Assembly: GCA_963705295.1 (NCBI GenBank)
Contig: OY970065.1
Span: forward strand, 160,001-224,000
Length of the DNA: 64,000 nucleotides
Reading direction: 5' to 3'
DNA from: Parachlamydiales bacterium
GTDB lineage: Bacteria > Chlamydiota > Chlamydiia > Chlamydiales > Rhabdochlamydiaceae
In this document: positions 20,310 through 28,866 of the stretch, in pieces
Layout: each line of letters opens with the position of its first letter
Position numbering within the stretch: the first letter of the stretch is position 1
Notes under the pieces: generated by a model
Told to the model about the DNA's origin: nothing
Seen by the model: the letters and a program-made list of their open reading frames with translations, nothing else
Database searches by the model: none
Made by a program: the position numbers and the translations under genes

Positions 20310-21089
20310 ATGGGTAAAATTTTTCTTTTTTTAAGTCTTATTTCTGCGTGCGTATTTGCTGAAGAAGCAAAAGCACCACCTGTTGAAGTTGCACCTCCAA
20401 AACAAGAAGTTAAACCTGACGTGTCAAAGATCTCTGAAGCTTTTGGTCACATGATTGGTAAGAATATTGAAACGATGGGCGTCAAATTCGATATCGCTCT
20501 GGTGATCAAAGGGCTTAAAGACGCTTCGGAAGGTCGTGAATCCCCGATGTCTGAGGCAGAATGTGTTCAGGCCATCTCAGCAGCGCACGAGGCAGCTTTT
20601 AAAGTAGCCTCTACTGAAAATCTTAAAAAAGCAGAAGAATTTTTAAAAACCAACAGCTCGGCTCCTGGAATTAAAAGTTTAGAAGAAGGAAAGCTCCAAT
20701 ACCGCGTTGACAAAGAAGGAACAGGCAATGTTGTCGATGAACATTGCGCGCCTATCATTCGATACAGTGGAAAATTTCTGGATGGAACCAGTTTTGGATC
20801 CAAAGAGGAGACACGGATCAATCTAGAAGAAGATGAGCTACTCCCCGGATTCAGCAAATCCCTGCTTGGAATGAAAGAGGGAGAAAAAAGAACCATCTAT
20901 ATTCACCCTGAGCTTGCTTTCGGAACGAAAAACTATCAACTTCCACCCAACAGTTTAATCACGTTCGAAATCGAAGTTCTCCAACAACATGCTCCAGCAG
21001 AAACACCTGCTGACGCCCTTTCAACAACACCTTCTCAAGGAAATGCAGAAGTCGCTTCTCCCTTAGAAGAGCAAAAAGCGGTTCGTTGA
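20310..21089 (+). CDS. mip: FKBP-type PPIase (Mip)
   Basis: Signal peptide, SEAFGH.IG, FKBP C-domain YIHPELAFG...PPNSLI.FEIE. Confidence 0.9.
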   Translation: MGKIFLFLSLISACVFAEEAKAPPVEVAPPKQEVKPDVSKISEAFGHMIGKNIETMGVKFDIALVIKGLKDASEGRESPMSEAECVQAISAAHEAAFKVASTENLKKAEEFLKTNSSAPGIKSLEEGKLQYRVDKEGTGNVVDEHCAPIIRYSGKFLDGTSFGSKEETRINLEEDELLPGFSKSLLGMKEGEKRTIYIHPELAFGTKNYQLPPNSLITFEIEVLQQHAPAETPADALSTTPSQGNAEVASPLEEQKAVR

Positions 21090-21526
21090 GGATCATTCTA
21101 TTTCAGCCGCAAATTCCTCAGAACGCAGGTAATATTGTACGTACCTGCGCTGTTACAGGTTCCGATCTCACCTTAGTTCGACCTCTGGGCTTCAAAACCT
21201 CCGACAAGTGGCTCAAACGAGCCGGGCTTGATTATTGGGAAGGGGTCAATGTCTCTTTTGTCGATGATCTTGAAAGTTATCTAGACAAAGAATCTTTTTA
21301 TTTCTTTTCCTCAAAAGCCACCCGGTATTACACAGACATTCCGTATAGACCCCAAGATCTGCTCATTTTCGGCTCCGAAACTTCAGGTCTTCCCAAGTCG
21401 TTCCACGAAAAATGGCCTGACCGGTTTTATAAGATTCCCATGCGTGAAGGCTCCAGGTGTTTGAATTTATCCAATGCTGTCGCTATAGTCATATATGAGG
21501 CATGGAGAAGGTTTAATTTCTCCTAA
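21086..21526 (+). CDS. trmL: tRNA (cytidine/uridine-2'-O)-methyltransferase, SpoU family
   Basis: PQIPQNAGNI.R, RAGLDYW, FGSET.GLP, LNLSN. Confidence 0.93.
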   Translation: MRIILFQPQIPQNAGNIVRTCAVTGSDLTLVRPLGFKTSDKWLKRAGLDYWEGVNVSFVDDLESYLDKESFYFFSSKATRYYTDIPYRPQDLLIFGSETSGLPKSFHEKWPDRFYKIPMREGSRCLNLSNAVAIVIYEAWRRFNFS

Positions 21527-21534
21527 GGACAGCT

Positions 21535-23694
21535 GTGTTTTCTTTCTTTCGCGGTTCTTTAACCGTTCAAATGATTGTTGCGACCCTTCTGGGGATTTTA
21601 ACAGGTCTTTTTCTAGGAGATCTATGCAAGGTATTTGCTCCTTGGGAAAGCGCCTACATCATGATTTTGAAGATCACGACAATTCCTTATTTGATCTGCG
21701 CTGTCATTCATGGCATAGGACGGCTTGCGTCGTCCATGGCTTATCAAATCTTGCAAAAAGGGATCTTATTTATTGGGGTCACATGGGCCATTAATATCTC
21801 GCTCATTTACTTGACGGTTTACCTTTTCCCCAGGGCAGAAGGACTCTCCCATGCTTCCTTCAGTAATTTAGCGCCGGCGGGTATTAATTTTGCCGAACTT
21901 CTGATCCCCGATAACATTTTCTATGCTTTGTCGAATAATATGGTCCCTGCTGTGGTCATGTTTGGACTTTTAGTCGGAATTGCCCTCATGCACATCCGAG
22001 AAAAGCAGTCGGTTTTAACCCTTTTGGATACTCTTGTTGAGGCATTAACACGGATGACAGGGTGGATTGCCCGTTTAACACCCCTGGGTACTTTTTTGAT
22101 CATTGCCGACAGAGTTGGAACACTCCAACTCGTGACCGTCAAACAAATCAGCACCTACCTCATTTTATACATTTTTTGTATCTGTCTCTTAGTGTTTTGG
22201 GTTTTTCCCAGAATTGTCGGCATGTTGACTTCGCTTTCTCCTTCTAAATGGATCAAAGATCTCGCGCCAATCATGCTCCTTGCCTTTACAACCAATGTGG
22301 TGATCGTCACCCTCCCCTTCATCATCGAACTGATCAAACGTGAAACGGAAAAAATTTACCGAAAAGATTCTTTATTCCAAGATCAGATTCAGGGAATTGT
22401 CTCGATCATTTTTAATCTTCCTCTCGGCTCTCTTTTTATTACCGTCTTCGTCTTTTTCATCTCGATTTTCTATCATATTCCACTCAATTTTGTGTCTCAG
22501 ATTCAACTTTTTGTAACGACCTTCTTAACCAGTTTAGGAGCTGTCGGCCTTGGCTCTTGGATCAATTCCCTGAATTTCCTTCTAGACTCTTTAGGACTTC
22601 CCTTGGCAGCTATCGACACGTATCTTGCAACCCTTCCCTTCACGGCTGGTTTCCAATCCCTTGTTTCTGTGATGGAAATTTCAAGTCTTTCCTTGTTAAT
22701 AGCTTTAGCATGCCATAATTTGATTCAGTGGAATTGGGGAGCTATTTTCCGCCGCACTGCAGTCACTCTTATTCCCGTTCTTCTGTTCTTCATCGCGTTC
22801 AAGTCGTGGATCAAACTGCCTCCTATTTCAAACCCTGCGAAAAGCATCTGCGATTTAAAAATTGATATTCCTGTTCAAGTCAAAGTCTATAAATCTGGCG
22901 AAATGCCCCCTCCTCGAGTGGGTGATCCGTTTGATCGGATCATTCAATCGAAGATTTTACGAGTCGGATATAGTACCGAGATGATTCCTTTCAGTTTTCA
23001 GGGGAATAATGGTGAGATCATCGGTTATGACATGACATTTGCTTACGCCCTAGCCCGGGATTTAAGATGCGACTTGGAGCTGGTTCCTGTCCATTTTGGG
23101 CATATTGCAGAGCAACTCAATCTTGGACTGTATGATATTGGTATGGCCGGTATCTCGATTACAGAAAAAAGGCTTAAAAAAAACTGTTTCTCTCATGCTT
23201 ACCTCGACTCACGCATTGTTTTTGTCATGAGAAAAAAATTCAGTAGAACATTTACATCCCTTCATTCCATTCTCAAAAATCCGAGTGTAAAACTCGTCGT
23301 CCGACGAGGAACTTCGTACGAAGCCTTAGCAAAAACACTTATCCCTCCCTCTCAACTCGTCTTGATTGATCACTACGAAGACTATATCCAAAATTATCCC
23401 AATGATATTTTGCTCCGAGGCGAGCCACAATCGATTGCCTGGATTTCAACCCATCCGAATTTCACCGTTGTAGCACCAAGTCCCGAGATTTCCAGAGATA
23501 GCCTAGGATACGCCGTCGCCCTTGGAGCCGATCGGCTTCTCTGCTATCTCGATCAATGGCTAATCTTGAAGAAAAATGAAAAATTCACTGAGCAGCAATA
23601 CGATCTTTGGGTTCTAGGAAAGACAGAAAAATTATCCACCTCTCCGCGAAGGTGGTCGATTATACGCGATGTCCTAGGATGGACCGAGAATTAA
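21535..23694 (+). CDS. Cation:dicarboxylate/amino-acid symporter fused to family-3 substrate-binding domain
   Basis: Multi-TM DAACS-like N-part; C-part LRVGY...PF...GYD...LA..L typical of SBP_bac_3. Confidence 0.82.
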   Translation: MFSFFRGSLTVQMIVATLLGILTGLFLGDLCKVFAPWESAYIMILKITTIPYLICAVIHGIGRLASSMAYQILQKGILFIGVTWAINISLIYLTVYLFPRAEGLSHASFSNLAPAGINFAELLIPDNIFYALSNNMVPAVVMFGLLVGIALMHIREKQSVLTLLDTLVEALTRMTGWIARLTPLGTFLIIADRVGTLQLVTVKQISTYLILYIFCICLLVFWVFPRIVGMLTSLSPSKWIKDLAPIMLLAFTTNVVIVTLPFIIELIKRETEKIYRKDSLFQDQIQGIVSIIFNLPLGSLFITVFVFFISIFYHIPLNFVSQIQLFVTTFLTSLGAVGLGSWINSLNFLLDSLGLPLAAIDTYLATLPFTAGFQSLVSVMEISSLSLLIALACHNLIQWNWGAIFRRTAVTLIPVLLFFIAFKSWIKLPPISNPAKSICDLKIDIPVQVKVYKSGEMPPPRVGDPFDRIIQSKILRVGYSTEMIPFSFQGNNGEIIGYDMTFAYALARDLRCDLELVPVHFGHIAEQLNLGLYDIGMAGISITEKRLKKNCFSHAYLDSRIVFVMRKKFSRTFTSLHSILKNPSVKLVVRRGTSYEALAKTLIPPSQLVLIDHYEDYIQNYPNDILLRGEPQSIAWISTHPNFTVVAPSPEISRDSLGYAVALGADRLLCYLDQWLILKKNEKFTEQQYDLWVLGKTEKLSTSPRRWSIIRDVLGWTEN

Positions 23695-24002
23695 GATAAA
23701 ATAAATTCTTTTAGCGCCTTGGCATCTCGAACACCTACAATTCTTCCAACCTCTTTTCCATCTTTGAAGAGAATCAATGTAGGGACCGAGGTGACTTCGT
23801 ACTGAGAGGCGATTCTTTGCGCATGCTCCACATCGAGTTTGACAATGTTGGCTTTTCCTTCGAGCTCTTTTGCAACCGCTTCAAGGTGAGGAGTGATCAT
23901 TCGGCAGGGGCCACACCAGTCAGCATAAAAATCGACTAAGGTCGTCCCTTTTTTAATCGTCTCATCAAACGTATCTTCCATCACTTTCTTTATTTCGCTC
24001 AT
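23691..24002 (-). CDS. trxA: Thioredoxin
   Basis: DFYADWCGPC. Confidence 0.97.
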   Translation of the reverse strand: MSEIKKVMEDTFDETIKKGTTLVDFYADWCGPCRMITPHLEAVAKELEGKANIVKLDVEHAQRIASQYEVTSVPTLILFKDGKEVGRIVGVRDAKALKEFILS

Positions 24003-24067
24003 AATATCCTATTCTAACAACCGATTCTCCAAAAAGCAACCACGCAGTATACTGGTTCTCATTTTAT

Positions 24068-24151
24068 GCGGTCATGGCGGAACTGGCAGACGCGCTAGAT
24101 TCAGGTTCTAGTCGAGGCAACTCGGTGGAGGTTCAACTCCTCTTGACCGCA
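24068..24151 (+). tRNA. tRNA-Leu(CAG)
   Basis: Acceptor stem GCGGTCA/TGACCGC, anticodon arm CTAGA-TTCAGGT-TCTAG, long variable arm, GGTTCAA T-loop; CCA not encoded. Confidence 0.95.
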
Positions 24152-26838
24152 TCATCTAGTACTTCTTTGAAACAAATCGAATAATCACTTTTTATTTGAT
24201 GGAAAGAAAGGGGATTTTTTTCGGCAAGTTTTAGAGCGCGGGTAAGAAATAATTTGGATTTATCAGGAAAACCCATCAACTTGTAGAGAAGTCCAAGATT
24301 GGAAAGGGTATAGAGATGATATTCTGGCTTTTGCGCTGTCCAAGAGATAATCATTTTTAAGTAGGCGACGGCAGGTTTGATATTTCTGCGGAAAATATAA
24401 GCGGTGATGAGAGTATTTAGAATTTGCACCTGTTGGAATTTATCGCAGATAGTCCAGTCATGATTTTCAACCTCTGTGATCAACTCTGTGACTTTTTTTG
24501 CAAAAGGACCACTGACCCGAAAGTGGAGCTGCAGAAGATTGCGCAACGTTTCCAATTTTGCACTTTCACTATTTAATTTGGCTGAAAGTTCTAGAGCTTT
24601 ATCTAAATAAAATGCCGAAGATCGATACTCGCCGCTTTTCCAAAATATTTCACCGAGATTATTCCAACCTGCCCATACACCAGAAAAGTCTTTCAACTTC
24701 ATCAAGAGTTTAGAGCCAGCTTCAAGATATTCTTTTCCTAGGGGAAGATTAGACCCACGAAGACCTAGAATACTTCCCAGCATGCACTGAGCCCGTCCCA
24801 CATAGTATTTTTCTTCAGCATTATCATAGACGATGGTGAAATCTAAAAACGCTTCGTCCCAACTTCCACTTAGAAAGTGGGCAATCCCTCTATAAAAATA
24901 ACTCCGAATGATTTGAGAAGGCTCTGTAAAACTCGAGATGAGATGCGTACAAAGATGAACACTCTCCTTAGATGCCCCTAAATGCCACAGTCTTTGAGCT
25001 TGACAAAGGCGGGCTTGGCAGACTAATTCTTGGGATGAAGCATTTTTTCTCAGCAGTTTATCTCCAAGTTCATATTCCCCTCTTTCAATGAGTATTTGCG
25101 CGAGAAAAAGGGAAGTTTCAGTTAATTCTTCAACAGGAAGAAAAATTTCGGCACCATCCATAAAGTAACTCAGATATTCCTTCCCTTTGGAATGAAGCGT
25201 CTGGAATGCCATCCTCAAATACCGGTCTGCTTTTTGTTCATAACCAAAACATTTCACCGTGATAATGAGCGATTTGGCGGCCTGAATATGATCGGGGAGA
25301 TCCTCTATTTGTTCATACCAATAGTTAAGAGCCGTCTCTTGATCGATGGTAAAAAGTTCGGATTCTGCTATCTCAAAGAGGCATTCATGAGGTATCCAGC
25401 TATTTTCTGAATAAAAAATGAGCCCGATCTCATTGAGAAAATTGAGGATATTGGTTTCAAGATCAAATGTTTTTGCAAATAAATTTTCATCAATATACAT
25501 CCCACACGCGTAGATAGCCGCCATCGCTTTTTTCATCTGATATTCGAGCTCAGATGTTTGTCTTAAAGGACCGAGGTGAGAAAAATTGGCAACTTTTTTC
25601 ATTTTCAAAGGATTGCCCTGTGAAACTAAATAAATCAGATCAGCCTCTTCATCAGGACAATTTTCCTTCAACATTTTGATCATTAATTTCCCCTCCTCTG
25701 GAGTAAAAGGAGGCACTTCAAAATCGACCAAAAGATGACGAAATTTTTCTTCGACAAGGTTTTTAAGTGATTGATTAGAAACTAAAAGAAAAGGGCAGTT
25801 CAATCTGGATGATATTTCAAGCAGAACGTTCACTTGTTCTGCTGTCAATCGCTCGAGTTGATCCACAATGATGAGACTGTATGGAAACTCCGCATCGAAT
25901 CGATCGAGATTAAATCCGTCAGGAAGATAACTAACGATGAAATCTGAAAAATCTGTAAAATCTTGAGGGATCGATATATGGAATGTTTTTAATTTATCGG
26001 ATGCGAGACACTGACAAAGAGCCGATTTCCCAATCCCTGCATCACCGATAAGACAGACGATTTTATCTCTGTTTTGAATACAGACATCTTGGATTTTTGC
26101 AATGAGTTCATGTCTTAATACCACACCCCCATCCAAAAGGGGTAATTGGTCTTGTGAAACCAAAGAAATTCTCTGAGTCCCTAAATTATACATTTCAGGC
26201 GTCGGAAGCCCTTCGGACTCCATCTGCTGGTGGATATCCGTCAAAAACTCGGAAAGAGCTCCCTTGAGCCGAATCTTGCAAAGACTCTTTAGAAGTGCAT
26301 CGGTGAAATAACCATAAAGCCCTCTTTCACTTTCAAACGACTCCTCGATTCCCGAGGAGAGCAAGCAAAAAAGACTTTTATTTGAGATTGTCTCACCTTT
26401 TGGATTAACAATAGTATTAACCCTTAAATAACAAGCATCGATTAAAATATAACTATCAACTATATTTAGCTTGCAAATATTATTAACAATAAAATCTAGA
26501 CTGATAGCATTAAAACACTTATTTCCTTCAACATAACTATTGTGAAGCAAAATATACGATTTGGGTAATTCTCCAGACTCTCGATACCCATGCCCACAGA
26601 AATAGAAGATAAGCTTAAATTTTTCCTCTATCTTTGCGAGTGCGAGAAGAATAGTCTCGATATTTTCCTGAGTAGCATCCGCATTTAAGCACAGAGTAAT
26701 ATTAGATTCGGGTACACCCCAGTTTCTTAGAGCTCTTGCAAAACTGACGGCATCGACCTGGGCAGCTGGGAGGGAAAGAATATCTTCACGCTCGTAGAAA
26801 GAAACACCAATAATGATGGCAATTGTGGGAAACGACAT
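24133..26838 (-). CDS. Caspase-like (peptidase C14) + STAND P-loop NTPase + TPR protein
   Basis: FYFCGHG (H83), ILIDACY (C136), Walker A GDAGIGKS, Walker B LIIVDQ, GNPL, C-terminal TPR-like repeats. Confidence 0.85.
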   Translation of the reverse strand: MSFPTIAIIIGVSFYEREDILSLPAAQVDAVSFARALRNWGVPESNITLCLNADATQENIETILLALAKIEEKFKLIFYFCGHGYRESGELPKSYILLHNSYVEGNKCFNAISLDFIVNNICKLNIVDSYILIDACYLRVNTIVNPKGETISNKSLFCLLSSGIEESFESERGLYGYFTDALLKSLCKIRLKGALSEFLTDIHQQMESEGLPTPEMYNLGTQRISLVSQDQLPLLDGGVVLRHELIAKIQDVCIQNRDKIVCLIGDAGIGKSALCQCLASDKLKTFHISIPQDFTDFSDFIVSYLPDGFNLDRFDAEFPYSLIIVDQLERLTAEQVNVLLEISSRLNCPFLLVSNQSLKNLVEEKFRHLLVDFEVPPFTPEEGKLMIKMLKENCPDEEADLIYLVSQGNPLKMKKVANFSHLGPLRQTSELEYQMKKAMAAIYACGMYIDENLFAKTFDLETNILNFLNEIGLIFYSENSWIPHECLFEIAESELFTIDQETALNYWYEQIEDLPDHIQAAKSLIITVKCFGYEQKADRYLRMAFQTLHSKGKEYLSYFMDGAEIFLPVEELTETSLFLAQILIERGEYELGDKLLRKNASSQELVCQARLCQAQRLWHLGASKESVHLCTHLISSFTEPSQIIRSYFYRGIAHFLSGSWDEAFLDFTIVYDNAEEKYYVGRAQCMLGSILGLRGSNLPLGKEYLEAGSKLLMKLKDFSGVWAGWNNLGEIFWKSGEYRSSAFYLDKALELSAKLNSESAKLETLRNLLQLHFRVSGPFAKKVTELITEVENHDWTICDKFQQVQILNTLITAYIFRRNIKPAVAYLKMIISWTAQKPEYHLYTLSNLGLLYKLMGFPDKSKLFLTRALKLAEKNPLSFHQIKSDYSICFKEVLDDAVKRS

Positions 26839-26839
26839 A

Positions 26840-26885
26840 CCTGGGTGGAGAGATTATAAAAAATAATCCCGTTTTCCACCTCAGG
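26840..26885 (-). promoter_or_regulatory. Imperfect inverted repeat containing TATAAT immediately before the caspase-STAND start codon
   Basis: CCTGGGTGGA..GATTAT / ATAATC..TCCACCTCAGG; TATAAT on minus strand at 26858-26853. Confidence 0.4.
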
Positions 26886-26890
26886 AAAAA

Positions 26891-27328
26891 TCACTCCTCA
26901 CTATTCTTGTGAATGAAGGAGATCGTTTCAAATAAAGAATTTAAGTAGATATCTTGGTAGTCTCCTGGGAATTTTAATACGAGTTCGTAAATCTTCGAAA
27001 TCATTTTGGCTTTCTGTTTTGAGCTGAGCTGGGCTGTTTTACAATACTCTTCAACAAGGACAATAATATTATTTAGAATATCTGGAGAAGCCCCTTTTTG
27101 CTCTGAATTTCCATCTTTATCATCGGTCAATAAAGACTCAACAGGAGCTTCGAGAGCCTTTGAAATTTTCATGAGATAATCAATCGTTAAACTTCTCTTC
27201 CCCCGTTCAATTCGACCCACTTTCTGATAATTCTCTCCCATTTTCTGAGCTAGAGTATTCACAGTTAGTCCGCGAGCTCTTCTTAACTCGCGTAATTTAG
27301 TAATGATATTTGGATTTTGATCGTCCAT
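26891..27328 (-). CDS. XRE/Cro-family HTH transcriptional regulator
   Basis: LRELRRARGLTVNTLAQKMG...VGRIERGKR.LTIDYLMKISKALE. Confidence 0.92.
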   Translation of the reverse strand: MDDQNPNIITKLRELRRARGLTVNTLAQKMGENYQKVGRIERGKRSLTIDYLMKISKALEAPVESLLTDDKDGNSEQKGASPDILNNIIVLVEEYCKTAQLSSKQKAKMISKIYELVLKFPGDYQDIYLNSLFETISFIHKNSEE

Positions 27329-27412
27329 TTTGACATCTTCCTTTAAATTTATCCCTATTTAACCGAAAAGGGTCAATTTCTGTCAACATCTTCTATTTTG
27401 AAACATTCTCTT

Positions 27413-27520
27413 ATCCTGCACATCCTGCCGCCGAAGGCGATCCTACATATCCTGTCATCCTAGGATATGGAAAGAGAACAAGATATGCAGGATCGCCTTC
27501 GGCGGCAGGATGTGCAAGAT
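27413..27520. repeat. Long inverted repeat (REP/MITE-like)
   Basis: TGCACATCCTGCCGCCGAAGGCGATCCTACATATC vs its reverse complement at 27482-27516, one mismatch. Confidence 0.85.
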
Positions 27521-27525
27521 GGATT

Positions 27526-28866
27526 TTAAGGCGGGACGCCGTGAGCGCCGTCGTCGACCCATTTTTTTAATGTTTGGAGGGCTTCTTGTAGTTTTTCGGT
27601 GATTTGATTTTGGGCTTCTTTTTTCGGAAGATGGGCAAAAGAATCCCAGGTGATCGCTGACCCAAAAACACAGACGACCTTACCGAAAAGTGAAGGAAGT
27701 TTTTTCCCCCGTCTCCAGGCCCGGTAAGCTCCATCGATATAGACAGGTATAACGGCTGTTTTAGAGCGGGAAACGAGCATACTAACACCCGACTTTAAAG
27801 GTTGAAGTTCTCCGTCTTTTGAACGTGTTCCTTCAGGAAAAAGGACAACCTTTTTACCCTCTTCAAGAAGACCACAGACGAGTTTCATGACTCCAATATC
27901 TCCTGCATCACCTGATACGGGATGGGAATTGAGTCGCCGGATCAGCCCACCTAAGAAGCGATGCCTGAAAAGCGATTCTCTTGCGAGAAAGTGGACCTCT
28001 TCTGGCCAAGATGCAGAAACAATAGGAGGATCGAGAAAGGATGTATGGTTAGCCGCTAGAACGGCTCCTCGGGGATAAAAATGTTCTAATCCATAAATTT
28101 TTAAGCGATAGAATAGTTTTCCTATAATCCACGCTAAAAAAATTACTAATCGATAGAGAAATGACATTTCCCCACCATGAAGCCAAGCAGGTAGAAGATT
28201 TTTTTTGTTTTTGTATTCGATAATTCTTTCTACAACCTCATCGATAGAAAGATTGGAGGTGTCGATTACATAAGCATCGGGCGGACAAACTAAGGGTGCC
28301 AGTGAGCGTGATGAATCGACTTGATCGCGGAGCATGAGCTCTTGCAACATTTGCTGATGGTTGGTTTCGCTCACCTCTTCAGGTCTCTTTTCTTTTAATT
28401 CTTTATACCTTCTTTCAGCGCGGACTTCGGGTCTGGCTGTTAAAAAAATTTTAATCGGAGCTTTTGGGAAGACGACAGACCCCATATCTCTCCCTTCGAA
28501 AACACCCCCTTTTTTTCGAGCAAATCGGCGCTGTATTTCCCAAAGGGATTCTCGAACAACATGAAGGGCAGAAACGGCGGAAACGATATTGGTCACAGCT
28601 CTTGAACGGATGACATCGGTCACATCCATTCCATTCACAAGATATTTTCTTTCTCTTCCGATAACTCGAATCTCAAAATTAAAATCGCTCAAGAGTTCGG
28701 CAATTCTTTTTTCTTCGGAAAGAGGAACTTTTTCGTGGAGAATTAAATAAGCAACGGCTCGATACATTGCCCCTGTATCGAAATAAGGAAGATCGAGCCT
28801 TTCGGCGACCTTTCTAGCGACTGTAGTTTTACCTGTACCGGCTGGTCCATCGATGGTGATAATCAT
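27526..28866 (-). CDS. cmk: Fused cytidylate kinase / 1-acyl-sn-glycerol-3-phosphate acyltransferase
   Basis: IDGPAGTGKTT, DTGAMYR, EGRDMG followed in frame by NHTSFLD, FPEGTRS (PlsC). Confidence 0.92.
   Translation of the reverse strand: MIITIDGPAGTGKTTVARKVAERLDLPYFDTGAMYRAVAYLILHEKVPLSEEKRIAELLSDFNFEIRVIGRERKYLVNGMDVTDVIRSRAVTNIVSAVSALHVVRESLWEIQRRFARKKGGVFEGRDMGSVVFPKAPIKIFLTARPEVRAERRYKELKEKRPEEVSETNHQQMLQELMLRDQVDSSRSLAPLVCPPDAYVIDTSNLSIDEVVERIIEYKNKKNLLPAWLHGGEMSFLYRLVIFLAWIIGKLFYRLKIYGLEHFYPRGAVLAANHTSFLDPPIVSASWPEEVHFLARESLFRHRFLGGLIRRLNSHPVSGDAGDIGVMKLVCGLLEEGKKVVLFPEGTRSKDGELQPLKSGVSMLVSRSKTAVIPVYIDGAYRAWRRGKKLPSLFGKVVCVFGSAITWDSFAHLPKKEAQNQITEKLQEALQTLKKWVDDGAHGVPP

Noticed and set aside
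24133..27328. Gasdermin-, CBASS- or CRISPR-linked caspase system
   Set aside because: No gasdermin, cyclase or cas gene among the neighbours
24068..27525. Prophage/ICE with integrase and att duplication at tRNA-Leu
   Set aside because: No integrase ORF and no convincing second copy of the tRNA 3' end; TCACTCCTC at 26891 is too short and imperfect
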